Positions 49,575-61,117 of a DNA stretch of 64,000 nt are shown piece after piece. The notes beneath the pieces are model-generated. The model did not search any database, was not told the origin of the DNA, and saw only the letters and a program-made list of their open reading frames with translations. The translations under genes and the position numbers were made by a program. Source of the stretch: Phoronis australis. Lineage: Eukaryota; Animalia; Phoronida. Each line of letters begins with the position of its first letter. The stretch's first letter is position 1. The DNA is taken from positions 583,084 through 647,083 of the forward strand of contig NMRA01000153.1 in the NCBI GenBank assembly GCA_002633005.1, written 5' to 3'.

Positions 49575-51453
49575 GACCCAATTCACGCGGCGGACATTAA
49601 AATCCAAAGCGAGGCTCACTGCGATAATAAAGCGGAAATTTACAATGCGTGAGTTAAATGGCCGGTCTTCAGTGTCCAACCTGAATATTAAATCTTAAAA
49701 AATGTGTCAATAATTAACCACAGAGACGTAGAAAAATACAGTTAAAGAACACATCAATGCACCAAAGAGTTGTCTGACGAAAGGATATAGTTTTTTTTCC
49801 GAAAAACTAGGTTCGAAATATGAAAAGTAAACATGACCAAATTGCGGCGATCGTAGTGTTACGGATTAGGTATCATGCTGAATGCAGGGTTACGTTTCTT
49901 CCAATAAATTCTTGATAAAAATGCTTTCTACACTAACCAGGTCATCTGGTCGTATTGTTGACGAGTTGAAGATATATTCGACAGTGGCGGCTCATAGCAT
50001 TTTGCTGTCATGTGCAATTAGTCTCCTCTGGTTTAATTTGTTGATCAAGAGTAGGCCTATTAGCTTCAAGCATAGCCTAGATCCTGGTGAGGTAGGCACT
50101 ACCGGGACTAACAGTTGATTTGTTATTGATCTGAAATAATACTTGATGTTATTAAGTATAATATTTTGATTACGATAAAAAACCAGGCTCACAATTGAAA
50201 ATAAAAATTATATGACCATCAATTCTGCTTTCTTGGTTTTAATAATTACGTCTATTTCATGTGTTATATTTTTCAAATATCAATCTCGACCAAGTTGAAT
50301 TTTAAAATTAAAACACCTAAATCTTTCGTCCAAAGCATAACCTCGTTTTAGAGCTCAATTTCAGTTAACTGGGCAGAACACAGTGACGGATTTAGAGGGG
50401 AGCCAAGGGACTATGCCCCAGCCCCCCCAAAATTCTCCCAGATTCCCTTTGGCAGTTCAGGAGCGCGAATTTCTGACGGGCGAAATCCTGGCTAATACTC
50501 TGCCTTGCCCCCCCCCCTAACTCAAAGTCCTGGATCCCCCTGGAACAAGCATAGTTATCATGTTACTTCAGAGGCCTCGTTCATGTCCGAGGGGAAAGGT
50601 GCCTGTGCGGCCTTCTGAGAGGGGAACGTTTCGTCGAGTGACGGGTCAGTGAAAACTCTGACCTCCCGATCACCATCAATAGCACACCGCCCTGTTGCAA
50701 GCTCTCATAGCTTTGTCTCAAGTAGCATTTTCAGTGGCTGATCTAGGATACCATATAGGCCTAGTGGGGGGGGAGGGCCGACATCCTCGGAGAAGCGGGC
50801 AAGGCGCGATTTTATGCACGCAGGCGGCCCGGAAGTTGCGGGCGCCGAGGATGTATACCTTCTGCTCAGGAAATCTGTCGTTGGACTAAAAAAAATAAAA
50901 CGGAACGTGTTTTCCCCCCTCGTCCGCTACCGGTCCTAGCTCAACTCTGTGGTCACAGGTGATTTGAACCGTTGGAGAGAAATTTTCAATCACAAAGGGA
51001 ATTTTTAGGCCTCGTGGCCAGGAATTTCGCGTGATTTTTCAATATTTTTGAGGGGGGAATAGGGCCGATATTTGACCCCAAAATTGAGGGATTGAGGGCC
51101 CTGTCCTTTTTGTAAAGAAAAATGCATCGCTCAACCCATAGTCATGAAAACACAGCCTGGCTGGCCGAAGATTCTCCGGTCCTCGTTGCTATGGTGGCAT
51201 CCAGTCCGAGATGCGACAAACTATGATTCGAAAACAGTTATAAATTTTACACGGACATATTTTCCTTCGTCGCGGTGTATGGCAAGGACCCAACGCTTCC
51301 GAATCTTAACGTCCTTAGGGATTGTAAAACAGAGTGTCCGTATTTTTTTCTAGCTGTTCGAGCAACGCGGAGTACAACTACGCGGATAAGCCACCAGAGC
51401 TATCGTAGCGAACCTCGTTTTGGAACGCGCCTCCTATCGGCGTGAATAGGGTC
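49575..51453. mobile_element. TIR element of about 1.9 kb bounded by TATA
   Basis: tata|GACCCAATTCACGC ... GCGTGAATAGGGTC|tata. The same terminus appears alone at about 9513-9530. Confidence 0.65.
50381..50542. mobile_element. MITE of the CAGTGGCGGAT family, nested in the 1.9-kb element
   Basis: CAGTGACGGAT...GGATCCCCCTG with GAACA on both sides; internal sequence as in 19875-20030. Confidence 0.8.
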
Positions 51454-51457
51454 TATA

Positions 51458-52240
51458 GTCAGTTACTAGTAGTAACCTACTTTAGCAGACGATAATTTCC
51501 CGGTCGAAGCTTAGTGTGATAAAATGTGTAGTAAGTTATAATAGTTGCTAAACCTTAGTTTATAGATTCACGTTATTTCTATTTCTTTTAAATTTTCAAT
51601 TGCTTTTGAGTATAAGCACTATTTGACAAAAATAGCTCGGCTTTTCTTAAAAGGTCACGACCTCCGACCCCTGGCCTCTGACATAGAAAGTAGTTACAAA
51701 GTATAGCCGAACGTCAGATCATCAGAAGGCAAGTCAGCCGCTCATTAAATCCAACGTTCACGCACAGCTTCTATCAGACGTCATACAAGTAATTGCCGTG
51801 ACATTTAATGGCGAATTCGTTATCCCTCGTATTCTAGAGCCTGAGTGGACTTTGGAGAATTATCGTCCGAGGGACGTTAGCCCCGACGGTGATAATTCTA
51901 CAAAATCCACGAGGGCTCTAGGTAAGGGGGATAACGACTGACAGCATGTAAAAATCTACACTGAACGAGAAACATTGCAAAGAATCGATCTACCTTTCTC
52001 GAACCGCCTCGTCTATGTAACTACTTTCTATGTCAGAGGTCCAGGGTCAGAGGTCGTGACCTTTTAAGAAAAGCCGAATCATTTTTGTCAAAATAATGTT
52101 TTTACTCAAAACAAAATAGAAATAAAGTGAATCAATAAATTAAGTTTTAGCAACTAGTCTAGCTTACTACACATTTTATCACGCTAAGCTTCGACCGTGA
52201 AAATATCGTCTGCTAAAGTAGGTTACCACTGCTTACTGAG
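51458..52240. mobile_element. Foldback element of about 780 bp, with arms of about 250 bp and a central hairpin of about 120 bp
   Basis: gtaacctactttagcagacgata / tatcgtctgctaaagtaggttac and cttaaaaggtcacgacctc / gaggtcgtgaccttttaag; central cgttatccc..ctagagcc / ggctctag..gggataacg; flanked by TATA. Confidence 0.9.
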
Positions 52241-52244
52241 TATA

Positions 52245-52647
52245 ATGCACAAGTCAAAGGATCTCGCCGACACGATACCCGCATTCAAGTTGGAGATCGA
52301 TGATTTACAAGTGAGAGGAAATGAGAGATAAATTTAACAGAACTAAAATATGGGTTTTATTGAAATTATGCGTCTTACTTTTCATAGCGTCGGTATAAAT
52401 GCCGGTACAATACCCTTTGTTCAACATGCGATTATTGCTCGTGCTCACTTATAAGTATTCTATTTTTACTTTTGATCACGTCAGCTGCTGAGTGGTGCAG
52501 TGGTAAAGTCGACGACTCAACCTCTTGCGGACCGGGTTCGAAACCGGCCTCGGTTTCCCGCCAAAATGTTATCTGACGCCATTTAACTAAAATTTTACGC
52601 GGTTGTATTGACCGTTCGAGGCTGATATCTATTGTGGTATAAAAGCT
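52245..52647 (+). repeat. Repeat of about 400 bp with an internal tRNA-like module (copy of 49172-49570)
   Basis: See the partner copy at 49172-49570. Confidence 0.88.
52487..52555 (+). pseudogene. tRNA-like module (pseudo-tRNA or SINE head); second copy at about 49266-49335 on the minus strand
   Basis: A box TGGTGCAGTGG, T arm CCGGGTTCGAAACCGG, acceptor-like gctgag/ctcggt. The anticodon arm does not pair and differs between the copies. Confidence 0.65.
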
Positions 52648-53645
52648 AATATTCTGACAAATCACGTGAACAGAGCATTACGTCATTGGGTAAGGAGGCA
52701 GATACGCCACGTCATTTGGGGCGGAGGTCTGTGATTTTCAGACTGTGGATCAAACATCCGGCGTGCCTTTGGATTGGAAGGTTCGAGCACTGTTATTGAG
52801 CGGGAGGTGACTCGATTGCCAGGTCCTGACTTAGGGAGCTCACGTGCTCTTCATGCTCTACAGTGTAGTTCTAACTTCTTCCCTCAAATTTTTGGAATCC
52901 TAGCTTTTTAGTAAGTCGAGAGATTCTCGACGGAGAGAATTTTCACCTTTTCTTTATGTAGCGTAGAGCATATTGTAATCTCGCAAGGAGCCACAGGTTT
53001 ACTAGCTCCTTACGAAATTAGCCACAAATCTGAAAGCGTGTGGACTACGCGTAAACAAGAAGGTGCGGAAAGTCAACGCATACGCTCTGATTTCTGCCAG
53101 TAGGCGTAGGCTCTATCATGAACAATGTAAATTCAAAAGTTTATGAGGACTGAGAGAGAGCATATCTGACAAAAAATAACTTAGCAGTCACTCGGGTACA
53201 ATTGCCACTCGCAAGTATTTGCCTTTACTAAAAATTATTGATTTAACCCTCACGGCCATGTCATTATAAGCCTACCTGTATATGCATGGTTACCGGAGAT
53301 TTCCGCATCGTCTAATCATATACACCCGTTGCATAGTTGACGATCGGGAGTATACAGTGTCACCGAATTGAAATTTACTAGTAGTGATACTTAGGAAAAG
53401 AACAAGATATTAACAATTAACTAAGTCTACTGGAAAAACAAATATTTCCACTTGAGAATGAAACAGTTATGTTTCGAAATATCGTGTGTCTTGTAATCAT
53501 GTCTCTTGGTCACTTACTTTACCAATGTTCTGTTGAATGTCGAACATTTTTCCGAGGATACGAACGGAATGGAATAAAGATAGCCAACAACAACAAGTGT
53601 CGTGCATTTAAAGTTTTGCATAACGCAAAATAATGAGAAAGTATA

Positions 53646-53960
53646 ATACTACCACTATCACTACCACTACTCATACTTTCACTATACCACTACCACTAGC
53701 ACCACCACTACCACTTCCACTATCACTACCACTACGCATACCTTCACTACCACTAGCACTTTCACTAACACTACCGCTATCACTATACACTTCTCATACT
53801 TCCACTACGACTCCAACTGTCACTACTACTATCACTACCACTAACATTACCACTACTAATACCATCACTACTCATATTACTGATACCATTGCTCATCATA
53901 CCACTATCTCTATCACTACCACTACCACTACTGATGACGACGATGGCGACGATGGTGATA
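53646..53960. repeat. Degenerate (ACT/ACC)n trinucleotide low-complexity tract ending in (GAY)n
   Basis: actaccactatcactaccactact...; the source of the poly-Thr and Pro-Leu ORFs. Confidence 0.9.
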
Positions 53961-55435
53961 ATGGAAAACGATGCTTCAGTAGAAGGAGTATCCACCACAG
54001 TACTGTCATTGTAGTGTATTTACCCACAATGCAACTTATGTGTCAAGCACGGCCTGTCCTCCTTCTCCTTCACAAATGTATAAGTTACTATTTCTCTTTC
54101 TAATGTAATTCCTTATTGCCATAGTGGCCAACATTGCATTTTGTGCTGTACATTTAATAATGACCATTTCAAAGGCGAAGGGTGGCTTGAAATTTTTCAA
54201 ATGACAGATACCCTTCCATAAGGTCTACCCGTTTTCCTCGAACGTAAATTACAAACGAATAAAACGATCCACCATTGGAGCCAACTTGTAATGAATGCGT
54301 ACAACATTTGGTAACCGCACTGTTGGTAATCTTGGGAAATCACGAAAGCATTTCCCTGTTCTCATTTGTGAGTGAAATTAACGCAGTAACATTATAGACT
54401 ATAGTACGTGGACCGCCAACTCCGCATATTTAGGTGGCACTGAACAGTTAGGCTGCGGCCGCGGCCAATTTGCAATGCCAAAATATTAAAATTTTGGGGT
54501 AGGCCAAGTTTGGGGGCATTTTGTACGTAGGCATTGCATGTAGGCTCAGTGAATGTGGTTTGTTTGTATTTGTGAACATGCTAAGAATAAAAAAAGGCCA
54601 CTTTTTCGGCTGTAGCTGCACTCTTCTTCAAAATGGTGGCCCTCTGTAGCAATTGTGCATTGCTGAGTAGCAACTGAGAAATTGGCCGCGATTTCAGGTA
54701 GCCCTCAAACAAGCCAGATTTGCAAAAAAACTAGTTGGTTGACAGTACTTTTGTACCACGTTTTTGGAATTGGTAGGAAATTTGCTTTCGCAATCACTAA
54801 TGTTGGCTTTAGTCGAGCATCGGCAGGGAAGTGGTGATTTTAGAGTGAAAAGTGCCGATTTTACATTTTTTGTCCTTATTTTTCTTAGTTCAGCTTGATT
54901 TCCACTGGGAGTGAAAGGGTCAAAAAGAAGAGTGTTGCAAATAAAGAAAAGTTTTGAGCCATTTAGGGGGGCCTTGGCCCCTTGGCCCCCCTAAATCCGC
55001 CACTGGAGTAATCATACATCCGAGTGTTGCGTTACATCCGGGTGTACTTGCGCTTATATGGCAAAAATACAAATCATACGTAATTATACATGCGGATGTA
55101 AATATACCTTCGGGTGTAAACACTATCATGTAAACGGGGCTTAAGCATTAGCAATATGTAACATAATTCTTTAATACGTGATCCAAAATTACAATTCCAA
55201 AAAAGATGTTAGCACAAAATCGTCGGATTCGGTTAAAAACGCGTTATCGATTTTACGCCAAGGGTCGCATTTTTGAGATTATTGTTGAACAGGAAGAACT
55301 GGTAGTAATTATACTCTTAGCTTTAATTATTTCTGGAGTGAAATTTAGTTCCGCTAGCAGAACGCTTGATTGCAATCGCGGGAGTTGCAAGCTGATCTGA
55401 GGCTGATCTCACGTTCTCACAGAATGACTTACAAG

Positions 55436-55734
55436 CAAAAGCGGATTTGGGGGGCCAAGGGGGCCATGGCCCCCCTAAAATTCTCCCAGATACCATTTGG
55501 CAGTTCGGGGTGCGGATTGCTGACTAGCATATGCGCGCACCCAAGGGGGCTCCGGGGACGAATGCATAGTCCTTAAACAAATCCCGGTAACCGTTTTTTT
55601 ATTAATAAGGTTCACATATCCAAAAATTCGAGACCCCTGCATCCCCACATTTTAGGCTGGGCGCGCGCATGTGACAAAATTTTGGTTATTCCTGTGCCCT
55701 GCTCCCCCAACTCAAAATCCTGGATCCGCCCCTG
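55436..55734. mobile_element. Long form (about 300 bp) of the GGCGGAT MITE
   Basis: CAAAAGCGGAT...GGATCCGCCCCTG with ACAAG on both sides; inverted copy at 60800-61117. Confidence 0.8.
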
Positions 55735-55899
55735 ACAAGATTATACAATACATCGTTAATACCACTTCTATGATGCAGATTCCATTTCTTGTGTTATTAT
55801 AATGTTAAGGGGGTCTTTCTCAAGATCAAACCAGAGGTGTAAGGTCAAAATATCTTTCTGAAGTTGAGTTTTCCTCTCTTCGCGTTATATTTTCTTCAC

Positions 55900-57627
55900 T
55901 AAAACGTTGATTATAACGTTCCAAAAATCTTTTTCCAAAAATTTTCACGGCTGTACCGGCACACTAGAGAAAGCACCTGGCATGGAAAAGCTCATAAGTT
56001 CAGCATTTGCTGGAATCTCTAGTTACGGAAAGGTTTGGACCAATTCTCTGTCTCATCACAGCTATGATGCCATTGAATTTCTTCTCGAATGGGACCAATA
56101 CTTATGAAGATCTGATTGTCTACCTGTAGATTGCTGAAGAAGCCTGACCCTTTCAAGGTGAATGTCACTGATGGCATTGAGACGCTGTACGTTTAATTGC
56201 CTGTTAGTCGTGGGGTAGCAACGTGACGTTGTCTTTCAGTATAAGCCGTTCGAGTCCAGTCCCTACAGCCCCGATCGACGTATACGGCTGCCTGAGGAAG
56301 TGTGAAGCCATATTGGTCAAGTCTCTCAGTGTCTCTGTCACGAATCATTCTGCTCCAGACGTAACGTACTTTGATATTGACACTGGCCACCTTCTGAACC
56401 AGGTCATTTGAACTGTCTCTAGAACTACATGGGATTTGGCTGCAAGCTTCGCCATGCGACTGGCCGCGTCTAAGAAATATTCTGTTTGAAAGATATAACC
56501 TGAAGATGGCGGTTGAGCACAGTTCCATCAAGTGTTTAAAGTAAGTTCCTCAAAGATTCCTTTGCAAGGAAGGAACCATGAGAGGATAAGACGAGGAAAA
56601 ACCAAGGAAGCTGTACCAATCCCAAACACCCCTTCTTTGTCACGGATCTATTCTAAACAATCCCAAAAACAAAGCTGTGTTCGACAACCTTATATTTGTA
56701 TACGGCTGTCTCCTCCCGTACAACATCGAACTGGTCAAGAAGAACCATTGTGTAGTTACCCATGCTGATGCAGACGTCACACTTTATTGATGTATCTTGA
56801 AACCGGCGGAAGAAGGCGCCTACACCATCTGAATCATCAGTGTAAACGTTGACGTCTTCGTGGTCTTAGTTTACACAACAGTTGGCGCCAAGATTCAAAT
56901 GGAGAAGTGGAATGGCGGTGTTTCTCTCACAAACGGAACAGTAAAGATTAGGTTCCAGGAAGTGAAGTCAACTTCCAAAATGTATATGCATATCGAATTT
57001 GAAAACAAATTGAAGTTAATTGCAACAACTTACCAGCATAGCAAGACTTGAATGACTAGGCACATATATGCTTAGTTCAATATTTATAAAGGACCCTCAA
57101 TATTGCGACTTCATTTATGAGATTTTAGTATCAAAATGGGGGTCCAGTATTTACAGTTATCTTTAATTGCAATAACTGAGTAATAAAACAGAACCAGAAT
57201 ATGATAATAGGCTTATATATAGCACGTGTAAACTACAGACCCCCAGTCTACACGTATGCAGCCTAGTGTATGAACTACATATATATGCAAGTTCATAATG
57301 ATTCTCAAAGAACTTGTAATATTGTGACTTCGTGTTATTGAGATTTTGAGGTTATCTAATTCCAATATTAACGATCCGATATCCTTAACATGATGGGTTC
57401 ACAGAAGAAATCAACAGACGTTGATTTAACATTTCCCATACATTTAACAATTCGTCCGTCAAAAGGGTTGGATTGTCTATATTTCAGTTCAACTTTACCC
57501 CTCAGCTGACCTTGAATTTGACCCCGCATCCATAAAATTACACCAGAAACTTTGTTCCCCTGACCACATATGCCGGTAATACGGTCCAATAGAAAATTGT
57601 ACAGTAAACAAATTAGACTCTAGACTC
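55900..57627 (+). mobile_element. Second decayed Academ(X)-like transposon remnant with probable right subterminal region
   Basis: Reads YGCLRKCEAILVKSL...PDV...DTGHLL, NHERIRR, HADADVTL (cf. HEEADT) and ISVNVDVFVVLV (cf. SxDTDV), which are XPG/PIN-like motifs. Ends near ...tagactctagactc; the right boundary is tentative. Confidence 0.58.
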
Positions 57628-60600
57628 ATGTTTGGGACTAAATGTAAGTAAACAAGTATATTTTGATAAACTTTTTATTACTGCTCAAACGTTGATGCTA
57701 TAGGGAATGAGGTGTCTTGAACTCGATATACTTTATTACGTTCATCATTTATCCTTGATATATCGCATTGCATCGGTCATATTGGTTATCTGAAACGTTA
57801 CAAAAACAGTCTAAGTTACGTTGACTAACTAAACTATTCCGCCACGATACCGTTACACCTACGTAATGTTTAATTAATGTCTAACGAAAACCGCACCTGA
57901 GGAAATAGAAACTCATGAAAAATATGCCGGGAATTTAACCACTAAAGTTCCGCGACTAGACAACTTTTAGGCTACTGTAGCACTCCGTAAAACTACAGTT
58001 CACAAAATAGAAATATGCAATTCGTAAATATAATAATTGACTACCAGCAAAAGCGCAATGGCTGCAACGTAACAGCATGTCTAGGTCAGTGCAAATAATA
58101 GTCCAGTCTACAGCAACGCTAACAGAACGCAAACTACAAATGCACAGCTATCCAAAATCGGTTCTAACGTTGAACAGTAACCAACGTTTGCCTCAAAAAA
58201 CAGCTCGGTAATCAGCACACGATATATATGAAACCCAGGAGAGAATAAGGCAACTGGTGCTTGTACGGACGTTTAAATACTCCGCGAAAACCTAGAAAGC
58301 TGATTGGCCCTGACAGTATCTAAACTTTACAGAACCAATGAAAATAATACCACCGAAAGGGGGATTGATTAAATCATGACTTATCTCCGAGACATCGCCC
58401 TAAAATAAATAAGGAGATTGAGAACGCCATCTCTAGGATATTTGAGAACCACTACATGCACTGCCTGTATTAACACTTTTAGTTAAAACTTTTTAATGAG
58501 AAAGTAAAATTGAGCTACATTTGGTGCAGTACAGACTAACGGTGCATGGAATTTATATTTCGAAGACCAGAACACAAAAGCTTCTTTTAGAAGCAATTAT
58601 ATACGCGTTTTCGTTTTGAAATCCAAGCGCTACCCTACGAACAGGTAAATCCAAAGCGTTTTCCAAGCAGTCTCCTTAAGGTACCTGTTTCAAGAAATAT
58701 TTAATTTTCAGTTTTCGATTACATAGGCCCTTAGTTCGGTAATTGAGACTTCGATTGGTGAAAGCCGCTTCATGCGAGTTAGATTCAATACAGAATGAAG
58801 ACTCGCAGCGAAAGAAGTTCCAGCCGACAATAATTTTAATGATTAGGAAAAATCAGAAAACGCAAATAGCCACAAATCTCAAACTTTTGAAAACTTTGTA
58901 TGCATAAAAAACATTTCTGATTGACTAAAGCCTAATGGGAGTGCCGGAATTCGAGGAAGTCTTTTCAAAACTGTGCCGAGCTGGCGAACTCACAAAGTGG
59001 ACGCTGTTGTGACATAAATTGTCGCACTCGACACATATTGTCGCTAGGACGACAATATGCAGCGGGCTACTGAAACTCTTCGGTGGTTCATTTTCGCTGA
59101 TTTTAAGCTAAAAACGGAATCTGATCAGCCGTCTGAAAAAAAATCACACGTTAACGCTCACCAGACGTTTGACCTGTCCCGTATTCTCTCGACCTCAAAA
59201 CGGAAGGCACACCTGTCTTTTGCCGTGAGAAAGCTGCGTTCCAATAACGTTATAATGGCTTGGTTCTGTTCGCCCATGGTACGCGGTCAGACTATTTAGA
59301 TCTTGAACATCAGTGTTAAAATAATATAGACGAAAAGGCTGACGTCAAACACAGAATGTCTAGTTTACCAAAGTTAATATCTTGCCTGTTGTTATTCATA
59401 CATCAATATTGAGCAATGGCATTTGTGGAGGTGTCCAAGATACTGATATTGTTCGATCTTGCAAGTTTCCCTCGAAGATTGATGTTTGCAATCAGTTTCA
59501 GAACAATATACCTTGATACCGATGAGAAAAAAAAACACACTACTAGAGCTTCTCCGAAATCAATACTGCCACGGTCATTTACGTTGTCCTTCGCCCTGCC
59601 GGTGTCGGCAGAGAAATGACGTAATCGCATTCCGTCCTACTCGTGAGCCCTTTCCATCAACGACGATACTAATTCAATGCTTAGGGTAGCGTTTACCGAA
59701 GTAAACATAAAGCCCGAGTTATGCCGGCGAAGCATAGACACGTGGCTACAATGGGTACGCTAAAGTGGCTACAAAGCTATAAGTATAGCCATAACTGATT
59801 CTGGTGGGGTTTTTTGAAAATTGACACAGTGGTGAGGTATTTGGAAAAAAGAAACAGTCACCTGGCGCCAGCTGAAATGCTTCTTTTTATTTACACATTA
59901 TCGGCGAAAAAGCGACTTCTTGAAATCAGTCCTATCGCGTTTTTGAACTGTAAATCATGGCTTTCGCAGCCAAACGCTCTGCTGACGAGCTAAATCTCTA
60001 CAAATAAATGACAGGGAATTTTTAAGCGCATTTAACTGGTAGTCACCCACCTTGATTTCAGCAGCTTGACAGATATCGGCGAGAATTGACGATTTGTAAT
60101 AAAATCACAAAAGCGCAACAGATTTCGTTTCTTTGCTCAGGTCAAAGTTAAAAACTTCAAAAAGCTTATCCTATCCAACAACACTTAAAATGCGTTCTTC
60201 GACCGCAAAAGGGATTATGTCCCTTTCAATAGTGGAGCGGAAGTCGATTGCAGAAACTAAATTTTGGTTTAGTAGGGCGCAGACCAGAGCTAACTGTGCT
60301 TTTTGCCAAAAACACGCGTTTTTTTTTAAACTAGCAATTTTAGTTTAAGCCACTTACCGCCATAAAAACTGAGCTTGTTCCTTACACAAATGAGAAGTGG
60401 TGTCAGAGCTGTAACAATCCAATTTGTCAAGCCTGTTGTCTCAAGCAATGACAAAACTGTCAGTTCTTTCTAATACAAGAAATCATTTACATTTGTCTAA
60501 GGAATAATTTGGAACCAATTTCATAACGACAAATGGTCTAATAGTTTTGCGTCGCCAGGACGAATTTATAATGGGTTTCTTCGGTGTAATCGAGGCTCTC

Positions 60601-60799
60601 GACAGATATTACTGTCAACAAAATTAAGAAAAAGAAATACAAAAATTTTCGTCAAATGTACACCGTCCTATTTTCCAAATGTGTACTCGTCTCCGCATTT
60701 AAAAAAACTGCATTGACCGGAAATTTCTGTATCTGCGCGAATTTTCGAAAACTTTCCGAAAGAGGGTTCACCGTGGGCGCCTTTTTATCTCGGTTTACC

Positions 60800-61117
60800 T
60801 AGGGGCGGATCCAGAATTTTGAGTAAGGGGGGGGGGGGCAGGGCACAGGAATCACCAGAATTTCGTCAGATGCGCGCGCCCAGCCTAAAATGTAGGGATG
60901 CAGGAGGTCTCGAATTTTTGGGTTAGCGGACCTTTTGACTTAAAAAAGGTAAACGGGGTTTGTTTAGGGCCTATGCATTGTTTATTCACTCCCAGAGACC
61001 CCCCTGGTTGCGCGCATGTGCTAGTCAGCAATTCGCAACCGAACTGCCAAATGGTATCTGGTAGAATTTTAAGGGAGGGGGTATGGCCCCCTTGGCCCCC
61101 CTCTAAATCCGCCACTG
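60800..61117. mobile_element. Long form of the GGCGGAT MITE, inverted relative to 55436-55734
   Basis: TAGGGGCGGATCC...ATCCGCCACTG; flanks TTACC / TTTCC (4 of 5 match). Confidence 0.8.

Noticed and set aside
46535-49815. Hammerhead-ribozyme-like CTGANGA...GAAA strings (about 46538 and 49774; also about 32450)
   Set aside because: The cores are incomplete or stem II is mis-registered, and I could not identify stems I/III or a cleavage triplet. At best these are decayed Penelope-type remnants; an Infernal search would settle it.
52487-52555. Functional tRNA gene
   Set aside because: The anticodon stem does not pair, the two copies disagree at the anticodon, and it is embedded in a repeat.
53512-53625. 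Alternative signal-peptide exon on the minus strand ending at a gtaagt donor
   Set aside because: The ATG-initiated frames are not convincingly signal-like, and at the gtaagt donor they end in phase 0 or 2 rather than the required phase 1.
53633-54103. 156-aa Thr/Pro/Asp-rich mucin-like ORF
   Set aside because: It is a translation of a degenerate trinucleotide tract, with no signal peptide or domain.
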